From assembly GCF_964194155.1 (NCBI RefSeq), contig NC_135901.1, positions 25,358,001 through 25,422,000 on the forward strand: a stretch of DNA of 64,000 nucleotides. Reading direction: 5' to 3'. Origin of the DNA: Cetorhinus maximus (lineage: Eukaryota). A model generated the notes under the pieces. The model searched no databases. It was not told the DNA's origin and saw only the letters and a program-made list of their open reading frames with translations. Both the position numbers and the translations under genes were made by a program. This document shows positions 52,849 to 64,000 of the stretch, piece after piece (position 1 is the first letter of the stretch; every line of letters begins with the position of its first letter).

Positions 52849-53000
52849 AGTACCTGGATGAGCACTTGGCACGTCATAATAATATTCAGGGTTATGGGCC
52901 ATCTGCAGGTAAATGGGATTAGGTAGGTAGGTCAGGTGTTTCTTACGTGTCGGTGCAGACCCGATAGGCCGAAGGGCTTCTTCTGCACTGTGATTCTGTG
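52849..53000 (+). mobile_element. short CR1 3' end inserted after the duplication
   Basis: Absent from the paralogous site at 3345-3360. Confidence 0.8.
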
Positions 53001-53284
53001 AAAAGCACTGTTCCCATTTTATAGTCTCAGTGTAATTCAGGGCTTCCAAAACTGAGGGTCTGTGGAATCAGAAATGAGATTTCGGGCTTGCGAGCTCTGT
53101 GACAGCAATGGCTGCCGTGTAGCTCCAACTGCTTCTTGACAGCTGTGAGGCCCCTTTAAATCCTCCCAGTTTTTTTTTGTTGTTGGGCACAGCCCAATGG
53201 ACCCAATTGAGGCCCAGTTGTTGCTGCAAAAAAAGCTTGTGAAAAGGTCAGTGTTCATTTTTTTCTGGAAAGCTGATTTTTTCA

Positions 53285-53520
53285 ATAATCAGGAACACAA
53301 TGTATTAACAATCAGGATAATAATATATTAATAATCAGGATTGTAATATATTAATAATCAGGATCATAATGTATTTATAATCAGGATCATAATGTATTCA
53401 TAATCAGGATCACAATGTATTAATAAGCTGGATCACAATGTATCAATAATCAGGATACTGTTAGATTAATAATCAGAATCCCACTGCATCAATAATGAAA
53501 TCCTATTATATTAATGATCA
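53285..53520. repeat. 23-bp minisatellite
   Basis: Unit ~TAATCAGGATCATAATGTATTAA, ~10 copies versus ~4 at 3645-3740. Confidence 0.85.
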
Positions 53521-53821
53521 GAGTCCAATTTAAGATTCAGGACAATGTGTGACATTACCAAATCACAACAAGGATAACTTTCATTCTCCTTAACTTTGTG
53601 TCTATCTTCACCATGAGGTGAGTCTGGATAACATTTTCACCAATCTGATCCACATACTGTCGAGGTGCAGTCACTATCTAACACAGCACAGTTGAATTTG
53701 TCTGTGACTAAGATATTCATCATTGGACTGGACCAAAGCTTTTTGTGACTAATACAATTCCTTCAGAGTGATCATTCTAATTATCTTCAGCCTCAGAATT
53801 CTCTGTGTCACACATAATTTC

Positions 53822-54037
53822 TGTTAAGCTCCAATAATTGTTTAGAAATGAAGACCGAAACCAAGACATACTCCTTCAGACAGAGTTTTATTGTTTGTCA
53901 AAACTCTCCACAGCCCCCACTAGTCTCAGCTGTTAACACTTTTGTACAACCAAATGGGTACTTAGTTAAACAAATAATAATTAGCAATTGAACTTCTTTA
54001 ATTGTTTGCTTCCCTAACAGATTCCCCTCTTCTAAAG
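53822..54037 (-). mobile_element. LTR retrotransposon 3' LTR (198 bp) with polypurine tract
   Basis: Reverse AGAAGAGGGGAATC then TGTTAG...TTAACA, with an internal AATAAA. Confidence 0.65.
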
Positions 54038-54065
54038 AAAGTAACTCTTAAGTTTATATAATAAC

Positions 54066-54960
54066 ATATGTAAAAAGCAAGAGGGTCGCCAGGGAAAGGC
54101 TCGGCCCAATCAGGGACAGAGGTGGGAATGTGTGTGTGGAGCCAGAAGAAGTGGGAGAGATACTCAATGAGTACTTCTCATCAGTATACACCAAAGAGAA
54201 GGACTTAGTGGTCGATTTGTCTAGGGAAGAGTGTGTAGATAGCCTAGATCATGTTGAGATCAAAAAAGAGGTGTTAGGTGTTTTGAAGAATATTAAGGTG
54301 GATAAGTCCCCAGGGCCAGATGGGATCTACCCCAGAGTACTGACGGAGGCAAGGGAGATGATTGCTGGGGCCTTGACAGAAATCTTTGTATCCTCACTGG
54401 CTACGGATGAGGTCCCAGATGACTGGAGAATGGCCAATGTTGTTCCATTGTGTAAGAAGGGTAGCAGGGATAATCCAGGAAATTACAGGCCGGTGAGCCT
54501 TACGTCAGTGGTAGGGAAATTATTGGAGAAGATTCTTTGTGACAGGATTTACTACCATTTGGAAGCAAATGGGTGTATTAGTGATAGGCAGCATGGTTTT
54601 GTGAAGGGGAGGTCGTGCCTCACTAACTTGATCGAGTTTTTCGAGGAAGTGACAAAGATGATCGACGATGGAAGGGCAGTGGATGTTATCTACATGGATT
54701 TCAGTAAGGCCTTTGACAAGGTCCCTGATGGCAGACTGGTACAGAAGGTAAAGTCGCACGGGATCAGAGGTGAGCTGGCAAGATGGATACAGAATTGGCT
54801 TGGTCATAGAAGACAGAGGGTAGCAGTGGAAGGGTGCTTTTCTGAACGGAGAGCTGTGACTAGTGGTGTTCCGCAGGGATCAGTGCTGGGACCTTTGCTG
54901 TTTGTAGTATATATAAATGATTTGGAGGAAAATGTAACTGGGCTAATTAGTAAGTTTGGT
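54066..54960 (+). mobile_element. internal fragment of the same young CR1 family as 40424-42510
   Basis: 278-aa ORF nearly identical to the 40490..42115 translation. Confidence 0.95.
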
Positions 54961-55832
54961 GATTGAGGTGAACACCATTCGGACAGGTTTAGATCAAACA
55001 GACAAGGAAATTGGTTAAGATCGATAGAGACTGCTGGGGGCAAGGCTGTTGATAAACTTAACCTTTCATTGCACGTTCTTCTATGTACAGTACAAGGCTG
55101 AGCATGAGGCTTCACATAGAACCATTTCTCAGCACACTTGTCACATGATCTTACATCACTGATGATGTAGAAGATCTACATATTTAATATTAACCCTTTA
55201 CACTACACTAAGCCTTTAGTCAGCCCTCCTAACATCCCCTTCTTTGACTCCATGTCAATTCTTTTTTGGATGTCAGTTTATGGTTCGCCTTGGGACATTC
55301 TCCTAATGGTGAGATGTAAATGAAAGTTATTTTTCAATCAAACTGTAACAGACTGGGGAAACCAGGATTAAAATAATATCTGGGTGAATGCAGTTAGATC
55401 ACAGATCAGCTATGACCACAATGAGTGACAGAAAAGGCTCGAGTGGATAAATGGCTTTCTCCTGCTCCTAATAAACTTGGACTCAAACACCAGCTGATGA
55501 ATGGAAAGTCATGGGAGAACTGGGAAGAAGACAGTTCACCACAAACCAGCACTAGAGCAGAGTTAGAGAGTGAGAGAAGTCTTGGCAGAAACTACACAGG
55601 AACTGGAGCAGGTCATTCAGCCCTTTGAGCCTGCTCCGCCATTCAGATAGACTCTGGCTGATCAATTGGCTTGTCATCAAGATTTATTTGATCTCTGTCC
55701 AGAATATTAAGCTCCAGCCCAGTTATCAGGAAGTTAACATCAGCAGAAACAAATCCTAACTATTAGAATGAACATTGTTCAGTCCTGGATGTGCTTAACA
55801 GCAGCAACAACAGCAGAACCCAACCTGTGGAG

Positions 55833-57134
55833 TCACGTGTGAATTCGCTGGTGTCTCAGCAAGTTGGATAAACGAGCAAATCTCTTCCAACACACAGAGC
55901 AAGAGAATGACATCTCCCCAGTGTGAACCTGCTGGTGTCTCAGAAGGTGGGATGACTGAGTGAATCCCTTCCCACACTCGGAGCAGGTGAAGTGTCTCTC
56001 CCCAGTGTGAATTTGCTGGTGTGTTCGCAGATACTTCTTGCTTTTAAAGCTCTTCTCACAATCAGAACATTTGAAAGGTCTCTGATCAGTGTGAACAAGT
56101 TGATGTTCAGTGAGCTGGGATGGCTGAGTGAATCTCTTGCCACATGTAGAGCAAGTGAACGGTCTCTCCCCAGTGTGAATTCGCTGATGTATCAGAAGGT
56201 GGGGTGAATCAGCAAATCCCTTCCCACACACAAAGCAAATGAATGGCCTCTCCCCGGAGTGAACGCGCTGGTGCCTCAGACGGTGGGATGAACGGGTGAA
56301 TCCCAATCCACACACAGAGCAGGTGAACGGCTTCTCACCAGTGTGAACTCGCTGGTGTGTCACTAGATCCTGTTTGCTTTTAAAGCTCTTCTCACAGTCA
56401 GAACATTGAAATGGTCTCTTATCAGAGTGAACTCGCTGGTGTGTCAGCAGCTGGGATAAAAGTCTGAATTGTCTCTCACACAGGGGGCAGGTGAATGGCC
56501 TCTCCCCAGTGTGAGTGCGTTGATGGGCTTGTAAATCATTTTTACTTTTAAAACTCTTCTCACAGTGAGAACACTGAAAAGGTCTCTGATCAGAGTGAAC
56601 AAGTTGGTGTGTCAGAAGGTGAGATGACTGAGTGAATCCTTTTCCACACACTGAGCAGGTGAAAGGCCTCACATCCATGTGAATGCGTTGGTGTCTCTGT
56701 AGGTCCTTTGTGCTTTTAAAGCTCTTCTCACAGTCAGAACATTGAAAAGGTCTCTGCTCAGAATGAACCTGCTGGTGAATCAGGAGATTTGATAAAGCAT
56801 TACATCCCTTCCCACATTCAAGGCAGGTGAATGGCCTCTCGCCAGTATGAACACGCTGGTGTGTGTAGAGACTGGATGAGTAAGCAAATCCCTTCCCACA
56901 CTCAGAGCAGGTGAATGGCCTCTCTCCAGTGTGACTGCGTCGATGAATATCCAATTCAGATGGGTAATTGAATCCTTTCCCACAGTCTCCACATTTCCAC
57001 GGTTTCCCCGTGGTGTGGGTATCCTCGTGTCTCTCCAGGTTGAATGATGAGTTGAAGCCTTGTTTACACAGGAGACATGTATGGTTTCCACTTGCTGTAA
57101 ACGGTGTGTTTTTTTTTTCAGGTTGTGTAACTGG
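55833..57134 (-). CDS. C2H2 zinc-finger array (ZNF-9), 15 fingers; no ATG before finger 5
   Basis: 434-codon stop-free frame extending ORF 55833..56954 ([25 protein letters not shown]); acceptor at 57356-57357. Confidence 0.85.
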   Translation of the reverse strand, partial: PVTQPEKKNTPFTASGNHTCLLCKQGFNSSFNLERHEDTHTTGKPWKCGDCGKGFNYPSELDIHRRSHTGERPFTCSECGKGFAYSSSLYTHQRVHTGERPFTCLECGKGCNALSNLLIHQQVHSEQRPFQCSDCEKSFKSTKDLQRHQRIHMDVRPFTCSVCGKGFTQSSHLLTHQLVHSDQRPFQCSHCEKSFKSKNDLQAHQRTHTGERPFTCPLCERQFRLLSQLLTHQRVHSDKRPFQCSDCEKSFKSKQDLVTHQRVHTGEKPFTCSVCGLGFTRSSHRLRHQRVHSGERPFICFVCGKGFADSPHLLIHQRIHTGERPFTCSTCGKRFTQPSQLTEHQLVHTDQRPFKCSDCEKSFKSKKYLRTHQQIHTGERHFTCSECGKGFTQSSHLLRHQQVHTGEMSFSCSVCWKRFARLSNLLRHQRIHT

Positions 57135-57620
57135 TTAAAGCTCTTTCCACAGTGCACTGGAACATTCTCACTCAGGTATGTGTGTGTCTCGGTGCTTTTC
57201 CAGTTACACTGATGTTCAAAATCTTTTCCTGCAGACAGAACAAACAAACATTTCTCCTTCCACATTCAACTGCCGATGATATTCATGCCCTGATTGAGTG
57301 ACTCAACCAGATCTCAATGTGATGTTTGGTTTGAGTTTTGCATTCTTCCAATACCCTGTAAAATGTGATCACAAAAGTCATCTCCTTAAGTTGAGGATTG
57401 AAATTCAGAACAGACAATTCTAGTTTCTATGGAACATTTCTTCCTCTCTTGTCACCCCAAAGCTGTAAATCCCCGTCCTACACACTCTCCCTCCTCCCTG
57501 GGCTGAAATCCAAACCCATCTCACCATCTCTTTCCACCACTTCCAGTTTTCTTCCTCCCTCTCCGCTGCCTGGGTTCAGTTCTCCAGCTCCTGTCTGCAG
57601 ACTGACAATAAAATCAATGA

Positions 57621-58723
57621 CAAAAACAAAAATACCTGGAAAAACTCAGCAGGTCTGGCAGCATCTGCGGAGAGGAACACAGTTAACGTTTCGAGTCCGA
57701 ATGACCCTTCAACAGAACTAAGTAAAAATAGAAGAGAGGTGAAATATAAGCTGGTTTAAGGGGGGGGGGTGGGACAAGTAGAGCTGGATAGAGGGCCAGT
57801 GATAGGTGGAGATAACCAAAAGATGTCACAGACAAAAGGACAAAGAGGTGTGGAAGGTGGTGATATTATCTAAGGAATGTGCTAATTAAGGGTAGAAAGC
57901 AGGACAAGCAAGGTACAGATAGCCCTAGTGGGGGTGGGGTGAAGGAATCAAAAAAGGCTAAAAGGTAGAGATAAAACAATGGATGGAAATACATTTAAAA
58001 ATAATGGAAATAGGTGGGAAAAGAAAAAAACAATATAAATTATTGGAAAAAAAGGGGCGGGATTGGAAAGGGGGTGGGGATGGAGGAGACAGTTCATGAT
58101 CTAAAATTGTTGAACTCTATATTCAGTCCGGAAGGCTGTAAAGTGCCTGGGGCTGTACCGACCAGGCACTTTACAGCCTTCCGGACTGAATATTGAGTTC
58201 AACAATTTTAGATCATGAACTCTCTCCTCCATCCCCACGTCCTTTCCGATCCCCCCTTTTTTTCCAATAATTTATATAGTTTTTTTCTTTTCCCATCTAC
58301 TTCCATTATTTTTAAATGTATTTCCATCCATTGTTTTATCTCTACCTTTTAGCCTTTTTTGATTCCTTCACCCCACCCACTCGGGCTATCTGTAACTTGC
58401 TCGTCCTGCTTTCTACCCTTAATTAGCACATTCCTTAGATAATATCACCACCTTCAACACCTCTTTGTTCTTTTGTCCATGACATCTTTTGGTTATTTCC
58501 ACCTATCACTGGCTCTCTATCCAGCTCTACCTGTCCCACCCCCCACCTCCGTTCTTAAACCAGTTTATATTCAACCTCTCTTCTATTTTTACTTAGTTTT
58601 GTTGAAGGGTCATTCGGACTCGAAACGTTAACTGTGCACCTCTCCGCAGATGCTGCCAGACTGCTGAGTTTTTCCAGATATTTTTGTTTTGGATTTCCAG
58701 CATCCGCAGTTTTTTGCTTTTAT
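57621..58723. mobile_element. Penelope-like element 3' end as a ~530-bp-arm inverted repeat with 14-bp TSD
   Basis: Arms meet at the 11-nt spacer 58151-58161. GTLQPSGLNIEFNNFRS* matches a GIY-YIG C-terminus. TSD AAT(A/C)AAATCAATGA at 57607-57620 and 58724-58737. Confidence 0.85.
57680..57720 (-). ncRNA. hammerhead ribozyme-like motif in the pLTR (mirror copy at 58594-58635, +)
   Basis: TAGTT-CTGTTGA-A-GGGTC-ATTCG-GACTC-GAA-ACGTT-AACTG; the core differs from CUGANGA at one position. Confidence 0.55.
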
Positions 58724-58899
58724 AATCAAATCAATGAGTCTTATTGAGGGTTTGGGGCCTCCAGCGGGTGTTTCTGAATCCTCCCCGCCCACCTCCCACG
58801 GTTTCCTTCCTTCCCACAGATCAGATTCCTCATTGATTTGAGCCCAAAGTGTAATCGCTTATTTATTGTCCCCCCTCCCCCATCCTCTGATGTGAACCA

Positions 58900-59535
58900 T
58901 CCTCCACTCGCTGACCCAGGATGGCGGCCGTTAACCTGGAGCTGTTCCCGGGAGGGAGAAGCCCCGCAGCTGCAAACCAGGAGGTGACAATTATTCCTCA
59001 GGGTTTGCGGATCCACAAAGTGTTTCCAAATCCTCCCACCCACCGCCTCGCTCTGACTCTGCTTCTCCGGGACAAACAAGCGCCTCTTCCCGCAAGGCCA
59101 TCAATCGCACTGCGCATGCTCCAAACTCTTTGACACTGCGCCTGCGTACTGGTGTCCAGCTTCGTCAGCCACATTGCGCATGCTCCAGCTCACAATGTCC
59201 GGCTGATTGACGGCAGTTCCAGACCAATAGGAAGAGGGACACGACTGGAGGTCCGACAGGGAGAAATTGCTCCTCTAACTAATCGGAGTGAATGAGAGGC
59301 GGGGCTGATCCCGGATCTCCCTCATTGGCTCAAACTCTGGATCATTTTGAAAGCTGATTTGTCTCAAACTCCAGGAGAAAACTGGACCTTTCTGTTTGTG
59401 GCTTTAAACAGATAAAACCCTGTGGGTGTGGAGCAAACATTTCAACATATTAAGTGAAATGTGGCAACATGATGAAACAATGCACCAACAATTCAAGGGC
59501 TGACTTCAAGGTATCACTGGGCAGACAGGGAATGT
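58900..59535 (-). promoter_or_regulatory. ZNF-9 promoter, inverted paralog of the ZNF-6 promoter
   Basis: GATGGCGGCCGTTAAC, TGCGCATGC x2, TGCGCCTGCG, CCAAT boxes and a GC box; 59200-59535 mirrors 28095-28390. Confidence 0.75.
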
Positions 59536-59794
59536 CACCATTAGAACAAGGCGAGTCCTTGGTTTCAATAAATGAACCCGGCAGAAGGGTTAGGACAGGT
59601 TAGGGAGAGGTTTAATACTGTTATCATTCAGAACTACACATAAAGAAAAAAAACTGATCTCAAAGACAATCTCTTGTAGTATATTGTGCTGAATCAGGTT
59701 TAACGGGGTTAAATGATGTACGTTTTCTACCCTGAACAATAATATTAAAATCTGGAACATAGATGGTGATTAGGTGGGCAGATTTGGATCAGTG

Positions 59795-60945
59795 ATAAAG
59801 TGCCACATCAAAGGTTATTGCAGAAAATAAGAGCTCATAGTGCGGGGGGTAACATATTGGCATGGATAGAAGATTGGCTAGCAGAGATTTGGCATAAATG
59901 GGTCTTTTTTTGGTTGGCAGGATGTGATGGCTGGTGTGCCACAGAGATCAGCACTCGGGCCTCAGCATTTTACCAGTTATATAACTGACTTGGATGAAGG
60001 GACCGAAGGAATGGTTGCTAAATTTGCTGATGTCACTATGATAGGTAGAAAAGGATGTTGTGAAGAGGGCGTAAGAAGGCTACAAAGTGCCATAGATGGG
60101 TTAAGTGAGCGGGCAAAGATCTGGCAAATGGAGTATGACGTGGGCAAATGTGAAATCGTTCATTTTGGCAGGAAGAATAAAAAGAAGCATATTATCTAAA
60201 TGGTGAGAGTTTGAGCAGCTCTAAGATTCAGAGGGACCTAGTGCATGAATCACAAAAGGTTAGTGTACAGGTACAGCGGATAATTAGGAAAGCAAATAGA
60301 ATGTTACCATTTATTGTGAGGGGAATTGATTACATAAGTAGGGAGGTTATGCTTCAGTTGTTCAGGGCATTGGTGAGACCACATCTGGAGTATTGTGTAC
60401 AGTACCGGTCTCCTTATTTATGAAAGATGTAAATGCATTAGAAGCAGTTCAAGGAAGGTTTACTTGACGAATACCAGGAATGGGTGGGTTGTCTTATGAG
60501 GAAAGGCAGGACAGGTCAGGCTTGCATCCAATGAAATTTAGAAGAGTGGGAGGCAACTTAATTGAAATCTTTAAGATCCTGAGGGGTCTTGACAGGGTGG
60601 ATGTGGAGAGAATGTTTCCTCTTGTGGGAGAATCTAGAACTAGGAGTCACTGTTTAAAAATAAGGGGTCACTCATTTAAGACAGAGATAGGAGAAATGTT
60701 TTTCTCTCAGAGGGTTGTGGGTTTTGGAATTCTCTTCCTCAAAAGGTGGTGGAAGCAGAGTCTTTGACTATTTTTAAGGCAGAGCTAGATAGATTCTTGA
60801 TGAACAAGGGGGTGAACGGTTATCGGGGGTAGGCAGAACTGTGGAGTTGAGGTTACAATCAGATCAGCCATGATCTTATTGAATGGCGGAGCAGGCTCGA
60901 GGGGCCAAGTGGCCTACTTCTGCTCCTAATTCATATACTCGTATG
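59795..60945 (+). mobile_element. CR1 RT/3' fragment
   Basis: VAKFADVT, LVRPHLEYCVQ and SYEERQDRSGL. Confidence 0.9.
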
Positions 60946-61779
60946 TACTCCAGGAAGCCTTAAAATCAAGTTGACAATATTTCAGAACTGAATCCTGTGA
61001 CAGCAGCAATCTCATTGCTCTCTGTTGGTTTGATCGATGGGTGTATTTAAAATGGATAACATAGACGTGTTGGTGGATGACATACAAAAGGAATTTGTGA
61101 ACTATTTGAGGATAATAGTGAAGGGAAAGGAAGGATCTGGAAAGCAGCAGACTCTTCATGTTGTTCCAGGAGAAGCGGGGTCTGCGTGTGTAAATGTCAG
61201 GTTTAAACAACACTCACATACACAGACACACACAAACACACACACACATGCTCACAGACACACATGGGGACGCTTCCTGTCTGATCAGGTGGACAACATT
61301 TTGCCTCACAACGACCAACCTGATCAATACTTGGGATAACAGCCACAATGTTCCAGAAATTCAAGTGAACATTACCCTTCAGGGACTGCAAGCAGTTTTG
61401 GCTGTCCAATTCCACCCCGTTCTCCGAACCTTAAATCAATATTGAATAACATCTGGCAGAGAAACAACAAAAAAACAACAATGAGAGTTATATTGCCACC
61501 TTTGTGAACAGCCCCAGCGAAAGATATTATACAATACAGGATAACATCCTTGGATAATTTCAGCCATTATTTTCCTCCTGATTTTACAGATTAAGTTAAT
61601 TCTTATATTGATGTTCTCCTTGATGAAGATAATTCTCAGGTAGGTTACAAGGAGAAAGAATATCATGGAAATGTTTGCACTGACAAAGAAATAATCTTCG
61701 AAGCTTCAAAATGAATAATACATTTCAGCCCCGAGGTGGAGAATGTAGACAGAGGGAAGCCAGATGTGGAAGACAAAAA

Positions 61780-62550
61780 TTTGATAGGGTAGATACTGGG
61801 GCGATGTTTCCATTTGTAGGAGGGACTAGAACCAGGGGACACAGTTTAAGAATAAGAGGCCTCCATTTAAGACTGAGATGAGGAGAAAGTTTTTCTCTTG
61901 AAGGGTTGCTGGAATGTAGAATTATCTTCCCCAGAAAGCTGGGTTACGGCAGAGTTAGACAGATTTTTGATAGACAAGGGAGTTAAAGGTTATGGAGGAC
62001 AGATAGCAAATTGGAGTTGAAACACAGCCAGATCAGCCCTGATCTTATTGAATGGCGGAGCAGGCTCGAAGGGCTGAATAGCTTACTCCTGCTCCTAAGT
62101 CCTCTGTTCATAAATAATTTTAATAACTGCATTAAGCATTTCTGTATAGTAAAGGCGCTTGCACACATTAAAACTGAAGATCTGCAATAAAGGCTGTTTC
62201 TAACAAGTCATATTTAAGATAAGATTAGAACCAGAGGACACCAATAGAAGGTGATTGAAAAAAGAAGTAATTGTGAAATGAGGAAAAGGTTTCTGTGTTG
62301 CAAGTGGGATCTGGAATGCACTGCCTGAGAATGTGGTGCAGCCAGATTCAATTGCGGTCTTCCAAAGAGAATTGGACAATTATCTGAAGTGAAAAAAAGG
62401 CAGGGCTATGTGCCAAATATTGGGGGGGGTGGGGGGGCGATGGAGGGGGGTGTGCAGTGGGACTAGGTGAGCAACTCATGCAGAGAGCTGGCACAGACAT
62501 GATTTGTTGAATGCCTTCCTTCTATGCCATAACCATTGTATGATACTATG
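61780..62550 (+). mobile_element. CR1 3' fragments
   Basis: Two CR1 C-terminal and 3'UTR pieces (GAATGGCGGAGCAGGCTCGAAGGGCTGAAT). Confidence 0.7.
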
Positions 62551-63049
62551 ATATAAAAGAAATGCAGTGCACCAGAGGCTGACTGTTCCCTGTGCTCCAG
62601 TGCAGGAGCGGCTACCTGCTGGGCAGTGTGACCTGAGCATACAGAAAAAAAACCGAGGCCATTGACAAGATTCTTGGGGGTGAAAGAAGTCTGGAGGAAG
62701 TGGGTTAATAAAACCTGGGAGCTGCAGGTTGAACAAAGTTCGAATGTGACCCCAGTGGCAATTATAAGCAGTAAACAAATATATCACTGATTTAAGTGAG
62801 ATGGTTTTTCCATGTCCTAGCTCCTGTAAATACTCGAGGTAAAGGGGGCGGACTCTCAGGCGCCACACCATCGTATCTAACTGATATCCTCTCAGTGTAA
62901 TGTGCTCCTGCATTTAATAAAGTGTCAGAACTCCTCATTGTGCTTCGTGTCCAGTATCCTACTGCGGGAAAATCTTCCTGATGACTGAGTCGTCCCTGTA
63001 TCCAGAACACCCCGTGCTGCAGAAAGTCCCCTATCAATGACTATAGGAG

Positions 63050-63620
63050 TCCAGTGCGCAGGTGCAGTGTGGGTGAGCGCTCTGAGCATGCTCAGTGTCA
63101 GTCATGGTGACAGAGTGAGGAAGAGCGAACGGTTCGGGATGCGGGAGGAGATTGTGAGCACAGGATAGGAATGAAAACCGCGGCTAGATTGGGAACTGGA
63201 TCAACTTCTGGGGTAGGCCCCAGGCCCCGAATAAGAGGACAGAGGCCCCGTGTTTACCCCGCGGTGACAGGCCCTGGGGGGAGGGGTTCACTGGCCGCCA
63301 TCTTGCGTGCGGTGTTCAGGGCGGTTTAGAGAGGCGGGGCTTCCTCCCCGGTGACAACCAGGGTTACCCAGGCATGCCGTCATGTTGGGTGAGGAAGGCG
63401 GGGCTTGTTCATGGCGCGAGGCGGCATGGGCGGCCATCTTGGTGAGGGGTTAGGCGTGGTTTCTTCGCCGGTGACAGTCTCGGGGGGGGGGGGGGGTTCA
63501 CTGGCCGCCATCTTGCGTGCGGTGTTCAGGGCGGATCAGGGAGGCGGGGCTTCCTCCCCGGTGACAGGCTCGGGTTACCCAGGCAACCGGCCGCCATCTT
63601 GGACAGGGTTCAGGTCTTTC
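63050..63620 (+). promoter_or_regulatory. CpG island promoter of ZNF-10 with an internal ~210-bp-period direct repeat
   Basis: Four YY1-type GCCATCTT sites, GGCGGGG boxes and TGCGCAGG; 63255-63375 is repeated at 63465-63585. Confidence 0.75.
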
Positions 63621-63745
63621 CCATGAGAGACAGAGACTGGGATTGACAGATTTGGGGAAATAATATTCCACAGAAACGAGAATTGTCTGTTCTGAATTTC
63701 TATCCTGTGCTTATCAGTGAGGACCCTTTTAAACTCCTTTTCCAG

Positions 63746-64000
63746 GAGTTTAGAGCAGGATTGACAGACGAAAAACCAAATCAAATCAAACATCAAGTCA
63801 AAATCTGAATCAAGATTCATCAGGCCCTGAATATCCTGGGCCTTTATATGTGGAAGGAGAGATGTTTGTCTGTTCTGTCTGTGGGAAATGAATTCAAATA
63901 TCAGTGTGACTGGGAAAGCAGCGAGATATACACACACGAGTGAGCTTGTCCATGTGCACTGACTGTGGAAAGAGCTTTAACCAGTTACACAGCCTGAAAA
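63746..64000 (+). other. 5' leader of the next ZNF exon (ZNF-10), cut by the window edge
   Basis: Acceptor ttttccAG at 63745, conserved leader, and decayed fingers (GTGACTGGGAAAGC; TGTGGAAAGAGCTTTAACCAGTTACACAGCCTG). Confidence 0.75.

Overview
Eukaryotic vertebrate DNA, most likely a cartilaginous fish (shark-type CR1, L2, tRNA-SINE and Penelope repeats; this is an inference). The window is a repeat-dense cluster of about 10 short C2H2 zinc-finger (ZNF) genes and pseudogenes with no visible KRAB/SCAN/BTB domain. All are built from one duplicated cassette: a CpG-rich promoter with CCAAT, NRF1 and YY1 motifs, an intron, a conserved acceptor and leader containing decayed fingers, a single finger-array exon, and a conserved 3'UTR motif. 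They alternate head-to-head and tail-to-tail, with inverted duplications and a ~4 kb direct duplication ~49.5 kb apart. Between them lie many CR1 and L2 LINE pieces (one young CR1 with a 541-aa intact RT frame), GalEa-type copia remnants, probable solo LTRs, SINEs and minisatellites. Two signals stand out. Four TSD-flanked Penelope-derived fold-back elements with hammerhead-ribozyme-like cores all sit in ZNF introns just upstream of the coding exon. The two longest intact finger arrays lack the paralogous ATG (ACG or AGG instead). Coordinates were read by eye and repeat edges are approximate.
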